In this document: positions 40,698 through 52,917 of the stretch, piece after piece
How the letters are laid out: each line of letters opens with the position of its first letter
How positions within the stretch are numbered: the first letter of the stretch is position 1
Assembly: GCA_963739125.1 (NCBI GenBank)
Contig: CAVTZD010000001.1
Coordinates: 4,657,107-4,721,106, forward strand
Source: an uncultured Acidobacteriaceae bacterium
GTDB lineage: Bacteria > Acidobacteriota > Terriglobia > Terriglobales > Acidobacteriaceae
Direction: 5' to 3'
Length of the DNA stretch: 64,000 bases
Made by a program: the position numbers and the translations under genes
Notes under the pieces: model-generated
What the model saw: only the letters and a program-made list of their open reading frames with translations
What the model was told of the DNA's origin: nothing
Databases searched by the model: none

Positions 40698-40900
40698 GCG
40701 CTATACAGGTCCGGCACGGCGCTGTCGAGATTCTGACGGTGCTTTACAGATCCGCGGGCATACAGTTCCTGCGGCTTCACAGATCCTGCAAGCGATCGAC
40801 GCTGATCTGCGATCCGCAGCCTTTGTCCGCACACCTTGGTCCCGCCCGTTCCTGTGCGCGTCCCTCTGGTTTAACAGGAACATAACTCGCGCGACTTCGA

Positions 40901-41626
40901 TTATTTCAGGTTGAATAGTGCGTTCACGTGAGCCGTCACGGTTACGGTTTGCGGCGTGAATTCCTCTGTCGGTGGCGGAGGCGCGGCGGTCGCCATGGCG
41001 GCCATGGGAAGCGCCCTTCGGAATATCGGAGAGCGCATATTTTCAAAGGTGTCGACCGAGGCGTAGGAAAGCTCACCGAGTGCGCGTCCGCTGGCGCGCG
41101 CCAGAGTTTCGGCGGAATCGCGGGCGCGGCGGTAGGCATCTTCGACAGCTTTGTCTTTGGCTGCGTCCATATTTTCGAGGGTGTAGATGAGCGTCTGGGT
41201 CTCACTCACATTGGCATCGGCGAGTTGCTGGGTGACGGGACCGACCTTGGCGAAATCCTTCAGCTTGAGGGTAACGTCGGTGGTGACGCGATATCCCACG
41301 ACTCTTTGCCTGGGGTTTTTCCAGTCATACACGGGCTGCACGGAAAGAAAGCCAATGGCCGCGGCTTTGGGCTCGATGTCGTTGGCCCGCAGCACTTCGC
41401 GCACCTGCTCCACTTCTTTCGACGCGTGCTGGAAGGCGGCCTGCGAGGTGTCCTCTTGCGCCGAGATGTTGAATTGCAGCTGCGCAGTGTCTGGTGCACT
41501 CTCGAATTTGCCGTCGGCGCTCACGTAGACAGTGTTTGTCTGTGCGGTGACGGAGGGATGCTCCTGCGCGGCAGTCAGACTCGCGGCGAAGAGAATCAAA
41601 AGCGGCAGGATGCGAGCAGATTTCAT
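40901..41626 (-). CDS. SIMPL / DUF541 periplasmic protein
   Basis: 241 aa with a signal peptide. It has the typical DUF541 layout (VSADGKFESAPDTAQLQFNI...YRVTTDVTLKLKD...VTVTAHVNALF). Confidence 0.85.
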   Translation of the reverse strand: MKSARILPLLILFAASLTAAQEHPSVTAQTNTVYVSADGKFESAPDTAQLQFNISAQEDTSQAAFQHASKEVEQVREVLRANDIEPKAAAIGFLSVQPVYDWKNPRQRVVGYRVTTDVTLKLKDFAKVGPVTQQLADANVSETQTLIYTLENMDAAKDKAVEDAYRRARDSAETLARASGRALGELSYASVDTFENMRSPIFRRALPMAAMATAAPPPPTEEFTPQTVTVTAHVNALFNLK

Positions 41627-41824
41627 GGCGGCCTCTGAGCGATGAAGTTGGATCGGAGTTATCCGGTGCTGACTTACCCAGCGTCGAGTGAGCCAGCGCG
41701 GAGTGATCCAACCGTCTAATGCTTTTTCAGAATACTCTCTCCAGAAGAACGGCTGGCGGAGTGAATCTTGCGCGCCTCGGCTGTCAGGTTGGGTAGGGGC
41801 GGAAAAGAGAAATGCCGTGGGCAG

Positions 41825-43468
41825 TTAATCTCCGGTGCGCGGCCCGGCAACGGCGAATACATTTACCTGCAGGCCGTTGGAGACCAGCCGTTCGGTCTCG
41901 ACCGTACTGGCCTTCCCTGCCGCCGGCAGCATGCCCACGGCGAGGTTTCTGCCGGATTGCTTGGCTCGATTCAGGCCGCGATCAGCCAGAGTGAGGACTT
42001 CCTCATAGCTCACCGCACGTGGATCTTCGGGGAACCAGGGAAAGGCGGCCCATCCCACCGAGCAGGTGCGGTAGATCGATTCCCCGGACCCGTTCAGAGT
42101 AAAAGGCGTATCGGCGACCGCTGAGAGGACGCGGTGGGCCAGCAATTCGGCCTCGCCACGATCGGTATAGCGCGAGACGATGAGGAACTCCTCTCCGCCC
42201 CAGCGAACAAGAACATCGGAGTGGCGAATGGAAGAACTGAGACGCCGCGCCATCTCCACCAGGACTTTGTCGCCTACGTCATGGCCGTAGCGATCGTTGA
42301 CTTCCTTGAAATTGTCGGCATCGATTAAATAGAAAACCAGGTCGCGGATATGCTGGTCATGCCGGTCAGCGTGTGCGCGCAACGCCTGGCTGACGTCGGC
42401 CTCGATGGTGGCGGTGAAATAGCGGCGATTGCGCAATCCGGTAAGGGGATCGGTGAGCGAAGCCTCGTGCAGCACGAGGTTGTTGTCGCGCAACTGGCGG
42501 TTCAATCGGCGATGCTGGATGAACAGCAGAAGGGCCATCAGAAACATGGTGGCCAAAGTAACCAGAACCCGGAAGTGCGAAGCCGGCATGGGCAAGCTGT
42601 GATCGACCAGAGAATAGATTGCGATGACGGGCAGAGAGAGCACCGCCATCATGGCCAGGTTCGCCATCCAGGAATCGTAATCTTCCTCGCCCTCGGCTTC
42701 CGGAGTCGGTGAAAGGCCCTGTCCCATCAACGCCGCCGCGGCGAACAGCACGAACGAGGCCGTGTAGGGCAGGTCATACCAGCTGCCGGTGAAATAAGTA
42801 TTTTTCTCGATGGCGTGATTCAGGGCGTAAAACGCGATGCCGTTGAAAACTACGGCGGCGCAGAAAACCGCGTAAACGGCTTTCCAGCGTCCCTTGCTCT
42901 TGCGCCAGAAAACGGCAAGGATAACGGCGAACAGAATGTTCTCCGCCCCGGAAAGCAGGTCGAAATTCTTGTTGTAGGCGCTGTCGCTGGTCCAAACATA
43001 TTGCCAGCACACGACGAACGAGACGTAGAGGTAAAGCCACCACAACAGCAAGAGCATGAAGTCGAGCATCCCGAGACTCGCGCCGCGCTCGGTGGGCTTG
43101 CGATGAGGCCGGAGCAGCACTCCTGCAATCATCGGGGCCCCGGCCAGAAACAAAAGGGCGTCGGCGGCAGACATGGTCGGCATCGGCCTTTTCAGGATCA
43201 GGTCGAAGACGATCCATATGATCTGGTCGCTGAGCCAAAGCACCCAGCCGGCCGCCTGCAACAACCAGAACCAGCGCATGCGTCCCTTGGTGGCAAAGCC
43301 CTGTGCGGCAAAAGCGCACAGGGCGATCAGCATCGAGAGGGCGCAGATGATGTCACTGGTCGCGGTCAGGGCAAATCCGCGGGGAAGAATCGCACAAGCC
43401 ATCGCCAGCAGCGCTATGGGAAGAAATGCGCTGGCAATCGACAGTTTCGGACCTTTCCAGCGGTTCAA
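41825..43468 (-). CDS. Membrane-anchored diguanylate cyclase (multi-TM sensor + GGDEF domain, GGEEF active site, RxxD I-site)
   Basis: The C-terminal GGDEF domain reads LTGLRNRRYF...DADNFKEVNDRYGHDVGD...RHSDVLVRWGGEEF. The start is uncertain. I propose TTG 43468, preceded by GAGGA. The longest ORF reaches 43729 but would overlap the upstream HD-GYP gene by about 180 nt. Confidence 0.85.
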   Translation of the reverse strand: MNRWKGPKLSIASAFLPIALLAMACAILPRGFALTATSDIICALSMLIALCAFAAQGFATKGRMRWFWLLQAAGWVLWLSDQIIWIVFDLILKRPMPTMSAADALLFLAGAPMIAGVLLRPHRKPTERGASLGMLDFMLLLLWWLYLYVSFVVCWQYVWTSDSAYNKNFDLLSGAENILFAVILAVFWRKSKGRWKAVYAVFCAAVVFNGIAFYALNHAIEKNTYFTGSWYDLPYTASFVLFAAAALMGQGLSPTPEAEGEEDYDSWMANLAMMAVLSLPVIAIYSLVDHSLPMPASHFRVLVTLATMFLMALLLFIQHRRLNRQLRDNNLVLHEASLTDPLTGLRNRRYFTATIEADVSQALRAHADRHDQHIRDLVFYLIDADNFKEVNDRYGHDVGDKVLVEMARRLSSSIRHSDVLVRWGGEEFLIVSRYTDRGEAELLAHRVLSAVADTPFTLNGSGESIYRTCSVGWAAFPWFPEDPRAVSYEEVLTLADRGLNRAKQSGRNLAVGMLPAAGKASTVETERLVSNGLQVNVFAVAGPRTGD

Positions 43469-43550
43469 ACTCTCATCCTCGGTGATATTTAGAACGCCCA
43501 GACTTGCTGATTGGGGACCCGGGGCCTTTAACCTGGCTGCCCTGCTCGGC

Positions 43551-44639
43551 CTAATCCCTTGCGCCTGCGGTATAGGCGAGAGGGTCGATCTGGCCACTAA
43601 TGGCACGGCGCAGTTCTTCAAAGATTTCGTCGGGCATCTGCAGAAAAACCTCGACGACTTCAGGATCAAACTGACGGCCCGACCAGTCCTGAATCTCTTT
43701 ACGCGCCACGGCGAGAGATCTCGCCGCACGGTAGGGACGGTCGGAGATGATCGCGTCGAGCGTATCGGCGACCGAGAAAATCCGCGCGCCCAGGGGGATT
43801 TCCTTCCCCTTCAGCTGGCGGGGATAACCGGTGCCGTCGAAGCGTTCCTGGTGGGAGTAGATGATCTCGCAAGCCTCTTTCAAGAAGGGAATCTTTTTGA
43901 CGATCTGATAGCCCTTGAAGCAATGCTCGCGCATGATCGCAGTTTCGTCAGCATCGAGTTTTCCCGGTTTATTCAGGATTTTGTCAGGGATGGCCATCTT
44001 GCCAATGTCGTGCAGGAATGCGCCGCGAGCGATGGTTGCCACGGCCTCGTTGGGCAGGCCCATAGCGCGGGCAATGGCCATGGTAAAGGCGGTCACGCGC
44101 CGGGAGTGGCCTTCGGTCTCGCGATCCTTCAGATCAAGCGCATCGCCGAGCGCCTGTAACGTGATGTCGTAAGAGCGTTCCAGGTCGCGCAGCGTAGCCT
44201 GCAGTTGATCGGTGCGGGCTTTTACCAGAGATTCCAGATTCGTTTGATAGGTGCGGTTCTCGACTTTGAGGCGGCGGTTTTCGAGAGCGCGGCTGACAGT
44301 ATTGAGCAGTTGCTCGCGCTCGAAGGGCTTCAGAAGATAGTCGTAGGCCCCATTGCGAATGGCTGCCAGCGCAACCGAAATATCGTGAACCGCCGTCACC
44401 ATGACGACCGGCATGTCCGGATATTTCTCTTTTGTGCGCTCCAGCAGGCCAATTCCGTCCAGATCGGCCATCATCAGATCGGAGAGCATCAACTCGAACT
44501 CTTCGCCGGAAGTCAGCACCGCGAGGGCCTCAATGCCGGAAGCGGCCTGCTGGCAGGTATAGCCGGCGGTGTTGAGCATGGAGGCGACGATCTCGCGAAT
44601 TGCTTCTTCGTCGTCAACGACTAGAATGCGATCTGCCAT
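43551..44639 (-). CDS. Response regulator with HD-GYP c-di-GMP phosphodiesterase domain (RpfG-like)
   Basis: 362 aa. The REC domain reads ILVVDDEE...MLSDLMMADLDG...KPF. The HD-GYP domain has HDIGK and HQERFDGTGYP. Confidence 0.93.
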   Translation of the reverse strand: MADRILVVDDEEAIREIVASMLNTAGYTCQQAASGIEALAVLTSGEEFELMLSDLMMADLDGIGLLERTKEKYPDMPVVMVTAVHDISVALAAIRNGAYDYLLKPFEREQLLNTVSRALENRRLKVENRTYQTNLESLVKARTDQLQATLRDLERSYDITLQALGDALDLKDRETEGHSRRVTAFTMAIARAMGLPNEAVATIARGAFLHDIGKMAIPDKILNKPGKLDADETAIMREHCFKGYQIVKKIPFLKEACEIIYSHQERFDGTGYPRQLKGKEIPLGARIFSVADTLDAIISDRPYRAARSLAVARKEIQDWSGRQFDPEVVEVFLQMPDEIFEELRRAISGQIDPLAYTAGARD

Positions 44640-44749
44640 GAGGACACACGAAAGTCTATCGGCGATTGTAACCCACTAGCGAGATACCTAAAGTAATCAG
44701 TCAGGTCCCGAAACTCCATCGAGAAAGCCCCGGCGCATGATATTCAAAA

Positions 44750-47700
44750 ATGAGGAAAACGTACGTCCGGACCTCGATGATCGCGTCATTCTCGTCAATC
44801 TGGAACTCGATGGCAGTGCCGGGCATGGCCGCGCTCTCAGCGCCGGATTGGGCCTTGCTCATCCTGCTGAGTACGTTTTTGCTGGCTTCTTTTGCGGTCC
44901 GCGAGCTTTATTTCAAAATCTGGATTGTGGGCTGGGCGGTATTCGCCGCATCACGCCTGGGCGCGCACAATTTTGCGTCCCGTTTTCCCGCGCCATTCGG
45001 CCTGGTGACCGAGCAGGCAAGTTTTGTGCTGGCTATCGGACTGCTGGCCGGAGCGGTTCTGCTCTACGCGCACAGCCGCGAACTAATCGTACCCCTGGCC
45101 GTGGTCACGCCCATCCTGGTAGGTTTTGCCGGTGCGCGAGTATTGTTGTGGCCCGATTCTGTCCCGCTGCGCATGGCGGTCGAAGTCGGCTACCGGATTG
45201 TGTTGCTGACCGCAGCGCTTGCGCTGCTGCGCGCGCGCCGCGGACGCTGGGAACCGACGGCATGGTTGCTCGCCGCTTCCCTGCTCACTTTGCATCTCGC
45301 CTGGGGTCCATTCACTGATCGCCTTCCCGAGTCGGCATTTGTGGCTGCCGAAATTGCTCTGGGCGTCAGCATGTTGATGGTCGCCCTGAGCCAGGCGCGC
45401 ACCCGAACGCGGAGATTACGAGCGCTGCAGGCAATCACGCAGAGCACGGCTCGTGCGCCGTCGTATGGAAGCATGGTTCAGCCGGTGCTGGAAGAGCTGC
45501 AACGGTTGTATCGCGTCCGCGCAGCATGGTTTCGACTGATTGATTCCGGGAGCCTGGTGGCCACGCATGCGGTTGGCCTCTCCGCGGATTTTCTGAGGAA
45601 TACCAGCTTCACGCCGCTTACCGAGGCGCTGGTGAAGCTGTTTGAAGATGGCGAAGCTAAAGTCGCGGCACGGGATGCCTCGCCCGCCGAGACTCCGGAG
45701 TCGCTCAAGGCAGAAAAAATCCGCCAGCTCGTCGCCGTACCGGTAAAAGGCAACAAAGCTGCGGTCGGCCTGCTTCTTCTGGGAGAATCGGGCAGCCGGC
45801 AGTGGACGACTGAAGAACTGGAATTTCTTGAGACCTGCGCCAAACAGCTGGCCATCGCGATCGAAAACTCGCGCCTGCTGGAGCAAGTGTTGCGTTCCCA
45901 GAGCCAGTGGATGAACACGTTCGATTCGGTGCATGACGTGATTCTGGCGCATGATTCCGAATTCCGCATCATCAAGGCGAACCAGGTTTTACTGGAACAG
46001 CTCGGGCAGGCGGCGGCCGACGTAATCGGCAGCACTTGCGAATCGACGCTCCCACACACGTTCGGCGAGTGGACTGGCTGCCCCTACTGCGCCACGCGCG
46101 GCGACGAAGAATTTACCGAAGGCGCTGACCCGTGCTTCGGCGGCTTCTCGGTGGTCTCGACCTCGTCGTACTCCGAGCAGGAAACTTCGCGCAAAGGGAT
46201 CATTCACGTGATCCGCGATATTTCCGACCGGCGTTCGGCGGAAGAAAAGTATCGTCTGTTGTTCGAGCAGGTTCAGGAAGGCGTGTATGTCGCCACTCCG
46301 GCAGGCAAGCTGATCGACTGCAATGACGCGCTGGTGCAGATGCTGGGCTACGTCAACCGCGAGGAATTGCTGGTCCTGAACCTGAATTCGGAAATATGCG
46401 TGGATCCGCGGCAGCGGGAAAACTTCCATCGCGAGATGGAATCGCACAACTACGTGCGTAACTTCGAAGTCACGCTGCGCCGCAAAGACGGAACCGTCCT
46501 GCTGGCGGTGGAGAGCAGTTTCGCCACGCGCGACGGCAACGGCGCGGTCGAACGCTACCAGGGGTTTGTTCTCGACATGACCGAGAAGCGCCGCGCCGAG
46601 GATGAGATGCGGCGGCGCAATCGTGAACTGAACGCGCTCAATGCCATGGCCGTGGTAGCCGCGCAGTCTTTCGACCTTGACGAAATTCTGAATCTCACGC
46701 TGCGCCAGGTTGTGACTTTGTTCGGTGCCGAGAGTGGGTCGGTCTACCTTTCTGACACTGACAATCCGATTTATCGACGACGGGCGGCGTGGGGTCCGCG
46801 CAGCCGCGACAAGATGCGCGCCGCCGAAGTAAATTTTGCCGAAGGCTTTGGCGATCTGATCAGCCGATCGCGTACTGAGGTCATCACAGGCGAATACTTG
46901 CCGCATCTTCCCGCACACGTTGCTGAATTTCTGCGCTCTGACGCCGACCACTCCTGGATCTGGGTGCTGTTCTGGGGCAAAGACAGTCCGGTCGGGATCA
47001 TGGGACTGTGCACGCACCTGGGCTATGAATGGTCGAGCAACGAGGAAAACCTTCTGGTCGCGATCAGCCGCCAGCTTGCCACTACCATCGAGAAAGTCCG
47101 GCTCTACGAAGAGACCTGCCGCGCCTACGAGGACCTGCGCAAGACTCAGGAACAACTGCTGCAAAGTGAAAAAATGTCGGCTGTCGGTCAACTGATCGCC
47201 GGCGTGGCGCACGAACTGAACAATCCGCTGACGGCGATCCTCGGCTACGCCCAATTGCTCGAAAGCGAAGGCTTGAACAGCCGCGCTCAGGATTATGTCG
47301 CCAAGCTGTTCAAGCAGGCCCAGCGGACGCATCGTGTGGTGCAAAACCTGCTGTCGTTCGCGCGCCAGCGTAAGCCGCAGCGCGACGAAGTCGACGTGCG
47401 CAAGGTGCTCGACGAAACCCTCTCCCTGCGCGATTACGACCTCAAGACCAACAATATTCGCGTGGAGCGCGAAGCTCCAGCCGAGCCTCTCGTCGTGGTT
47501 GCCGATCCGCACCAGATCGAGCAGGTATTTCTGAACATTATCAATAACGCGGTCGATGCGATTCTTGAAACCGGACGCAACGGCAAGCTGCGCATTCGGG
47601 CTTTCCGGCAGAACGGCCAGGTCTGCACCCAGTTTGCCGACGACGGTCCCGGACTGAAAGATGCGAAACGTATTTTCGATCCGTTCTACACCACGAAGAG

Positions 47701-48283
47701 TGTGGGCAAAGGCACCGGGCTGGGGCTGAGCATCTGCTATGGAATCGTCAAGGAACACGGTGGCGACATTACGGCCAACAACGCTCCCGAGGGCGGAGCG
47801 GTCATCGAAGTGAAGCTGCCCGCGGCAGTTGTTGCCGAGGTCGTCGCCGAACCCGTGAAAGTCGCGCCGCGTCCGCACGACGGAGCGGTGCACGGACGAG
47901 TCTTGCTGGTCGAGGAAGAAGAAGCTGTGCTCGAATTCGAGCGCGATGTGCTGGCTGGCGCTGGCGCCACGGTAGTCACAGCCAAGACCAGCAGCGACGT
48001 GAAGACCCGGTTGCTCTCTGAGGCTTTCGAGGCCGTGATCATGAGCAGCAAGATGCCGGGCGACTGGAACGCGAAAGAATCTTACGGCTGGCTCAAAGAA
48101 AATTGTCCGGGGATGACCGACCACGTCCTGTTCACGTTCTCAAGCGGCGTGGAACAGGCCGACGGGCGCGCCTTCCTGCAGGAAAACAAGATTCCCTACC
48201 TCGTAAAACCCTTCGAAGTGGCCGAACTCATCACCCAAGCCCGGAAGCTGCTTCAGAAGTCGCTGGCAGCCGGCGCGGACTAG
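44750..48283 (+). CDS. Multi-domain sensor histidine kinase (TM region, GAF, two PAS, GAF, HisKA, HATPase_c, degenerate receiver-like C-terminus)
   Basis: 1177 aa. The H-box is VAHELNNPLTAILGY. The N and G boxes of HATPase_c are present (NIINNAVDA, DDGPGL, GKGTGLGLS). The C-terminal REC-like fold has LLVEEEE and AVIMSSKMPG in place of the DD and D-x2-MP motifs. Confidence 0.92.
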   Translation: MRKTYVRTSMIASFSSIWNSMAVPGMAALSAPDWALLILLSTFLLASFAVRELYFKIWIVGWAVFAASRLGAHNFASRFPAPFGLVTEQASFVLAIGLLAGAVLLYAHSRELIVPLAVVTPILVGFAGARVLLWPDSVPLRMAVEVGYRIVLLTAALALLRARRGRWEPTAWLLAASLLTLHLAWGPFTDRLPESAFVAAEIALGVSMLMVALSQARTRTRRLRALQAITQSTARAPSYGSMVQPVLEELQRLYRVRAAWFRLIDSGSLVATHAVGLSADFLRNTSFTPLTEALVKLFEDGEAKVAARDASPAETPESLKAEKIRQLVAVPVKGNKAAVGLLLLGESGSRQWTTEELEFLETCAKQLAIAIENSRLLEQVLRSQSQWMNTFDSVHDVILAHDSEFRIIKANQVLLEQLGQAAADVIGSTCESTLPHTFGEWTGCPYCATRGDEEFTEGADPCFGGFSVVSTSSYSEQETSRKGIIHVIRDISDRRSAEEKYRLLFEQVQEGVYVATPAGKLIDCNDALVQMLGYVNREELLVLNLNSEICVDPRQRENFHREMESHNYVRNFEVTLRRKDGTVLLAVESSFATRDGNGAVERYQGFVLDMTEKRRAEDEMRRRNRELNALNAMAVVAAQSFDLDEILNLTLRQVVTLFGAESGSVYLSDTDNPIYRRRAAWGPRSRDKMRAAEVNFAEGFGDLISRSRTEVITGEYLPHLPAHVAEFLRSDADHSWIWVLFWGKDSPVGIMGLCTHLGYEWSSNEENLLVAISRQLATTIEKVRLYEETCRAYEDLRKTQEQLLQSEKMSAVGQLIAGVAHELNNPLTAILGYAQLLESEGLNSRAQDYVAKLFKQAQRTHRVVQNLLSFARQRKPQRDEVDVRKVLDETLSLRDYDLKTNNIRVEREAPAEPLVVVADPHQIEQVFLNIINNAVDAILETGRNGKLRIRAFRQNGQVCTQFADDGPGLKDAKRIFDPFYTTKSVGKGTGLGLSICYGIVKEHGGDITANNAPEGGAVIEVKLPAAVVAEVVAEPVKVAPRPHDGAVHGRVLLVEEEEAVLEFERDVLAGAGATVVTAKTSSDVKTRLLSEAFEAVIMSSKMPGDWNAKESYGWLKENCPGMTDHVLFTFSSGVEQADGRAFLQENKIPYLVKPFEVAELITQARKLLQKSLAAGAD

Positions 48284-48437
48284 CGGCGATTCTACCGAAG
48301 CTCTCCTATAGAGAAGGGGCTTTCTCGACCAAGCGCGATCTTAGACGACTCCACTGTAAGCCCCGCGCACGTCGACTAAGAGCTACAATCTTGGTGACGC
48401 GGTCCTATTGAGCCATCTTCGCGGAGGAGGTAACGGT

Positions 48438-48731
48438 ATGGCTATCTCCGTAAATCCGTCTGTCGTTGCGCTGGTCGGAACGGGATGGAAGTCGGTGGGG
48501 GGCCAATTGCTGGCTTCGGGGGTGCTCCTGCTGAGCGGTTACCAAGATATGGGGTTGCCTTCCCGCGTGGGCGCAGCCTTCTGGTTTTTTATGGCCATTT
48601 CCTTCGGCATTTCCGCTTTGATTACTGCGATCCGGGTGAACCTCTCTTATGCTGCGGCGATCTGCGCCGTGGCTCTTTGCTCGGAAACTGTTTTGATCCT
48701 CCGTTGGTGGCGTCGGAGGACTCCCGCGTAG
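48438..48731 (+). CDS. Small hypothetical membrane protein (about 3 TM helices)
   Basis: 97 aa from ATG 48438, preceded by GGAGGAGG. It has three hydrophobic stretches and a basic C-terminus (RWWRRRTPA). I recognise no family. Confidence 0.45.
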   Translation: MAISVNPSVVALVGTGWKSVGGQLLASGVLLLSGYQDMGLPSRVGAAFWFFMAISFGISALITAIRVNLSYAAAICAVALCSETVLILRWWRRRTPA

Positions 48732-48869
48732 GGACTGTGGTGGACTCGGCGGAGATGTTGCCCTCAATCGTGAAAGGTCGCGATTATCCTCACTTCCAAC
48801 CCCCGCTGTTAACGCATCTGGATAAGTTTTTCTGGAACTGCGGACGGATTCGGGGTACATTTGTAGGCC

Positions 48870-49271
48870 TTGAAACGAGCACTCTGTGCGGTGGTCCTTT
48901 ACGTCGCGGTGCCTGCCTTAGTGCATCCTCAAGGCTCTGCCCCGGTGGTAACACTGGAAGATTCTCTCGTCTGTCAGCATAAGAGCGATAGGGCGACCTG
49001 CATCATCCCTCCAAAACAGATTTACTCGGCGAAGCCTAAATACCCGGAGGCGGAGCGGCAAGCTCGTCGCGAAGGGACGGTTAAGTTAAAGCTGGTTGTC
49101 CGTTCCGATGGCGTGCCACGCGATGTCACCGTCTCTCAATCGCTCGGTCCCGATTTTGATAGCGCGGCAATGGATGCTGTAAAGCAGTGGAAATTTTCTC
49201 CCGCGATAAAAGACGGTAAACCCGTCTCGGTTCAAATCGCCGTAGAGGTGGATTTCTCTCTCCACCATTGA
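48870..49271 (+). CDS. Secreted stand-alone TonB_C-domain protein
   Basis: 133 aa with a TTG start in the track. It has a signal peptide (MKRALCAVVLYVAVPALVHPQ). The TonB_C-like core reads PKYPEAERQARREGTVKLKLVV...DVTVSQSLGPDFDSAAMDAVKQWKFSPA. It has no TM anchor or Pro-rich spacer. Confidence 0.7.
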   Translation: MKRALCAVVLYVAVPALVHPQGSAPVVTLEDSLVCQHKSDRATCIIPPKQIYSAKPKYPEAERQARREGTVKLKLVVRSDGVPRDVTVSQSLGPDFDSAAMDAVKQWKFSPAIKDGKPVSVQIAVEVDFSLHH

Positions 49272-49399
49272 CTGGACGCGATGGTTGACGATAATCCAGG
49301 TTAAGCGCGCCTGACCGAACGACACAGGCCACATCCCCGAAACGCACAGCCCTCCACACCCTTCCTCCGTTGCCCTTTGCGTTAAACTAGCCACAGCCC

Positions 49400-52882
<3,483 letters not shown>

Positions 52883-52917
52883 TAGGGTAGATCGTCATTT
52901 GGCAGATTGTCACCGGC

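Noticed and set aside
45989-48124. 711-aa ORF antisense to the histidine kinase gene. Similar cases are 49733-51733 antisense to dnaE and 59280-61025 antisense to pal/tolB.
   Set aside because: In each case the sense strand carries unmistakable conserved domains (HisKA/HATPase, PHP/polymerase core, TolB blades). The antisense translations are low-complexity and Arg-rich, so they are GC-rich shadow ORFs.
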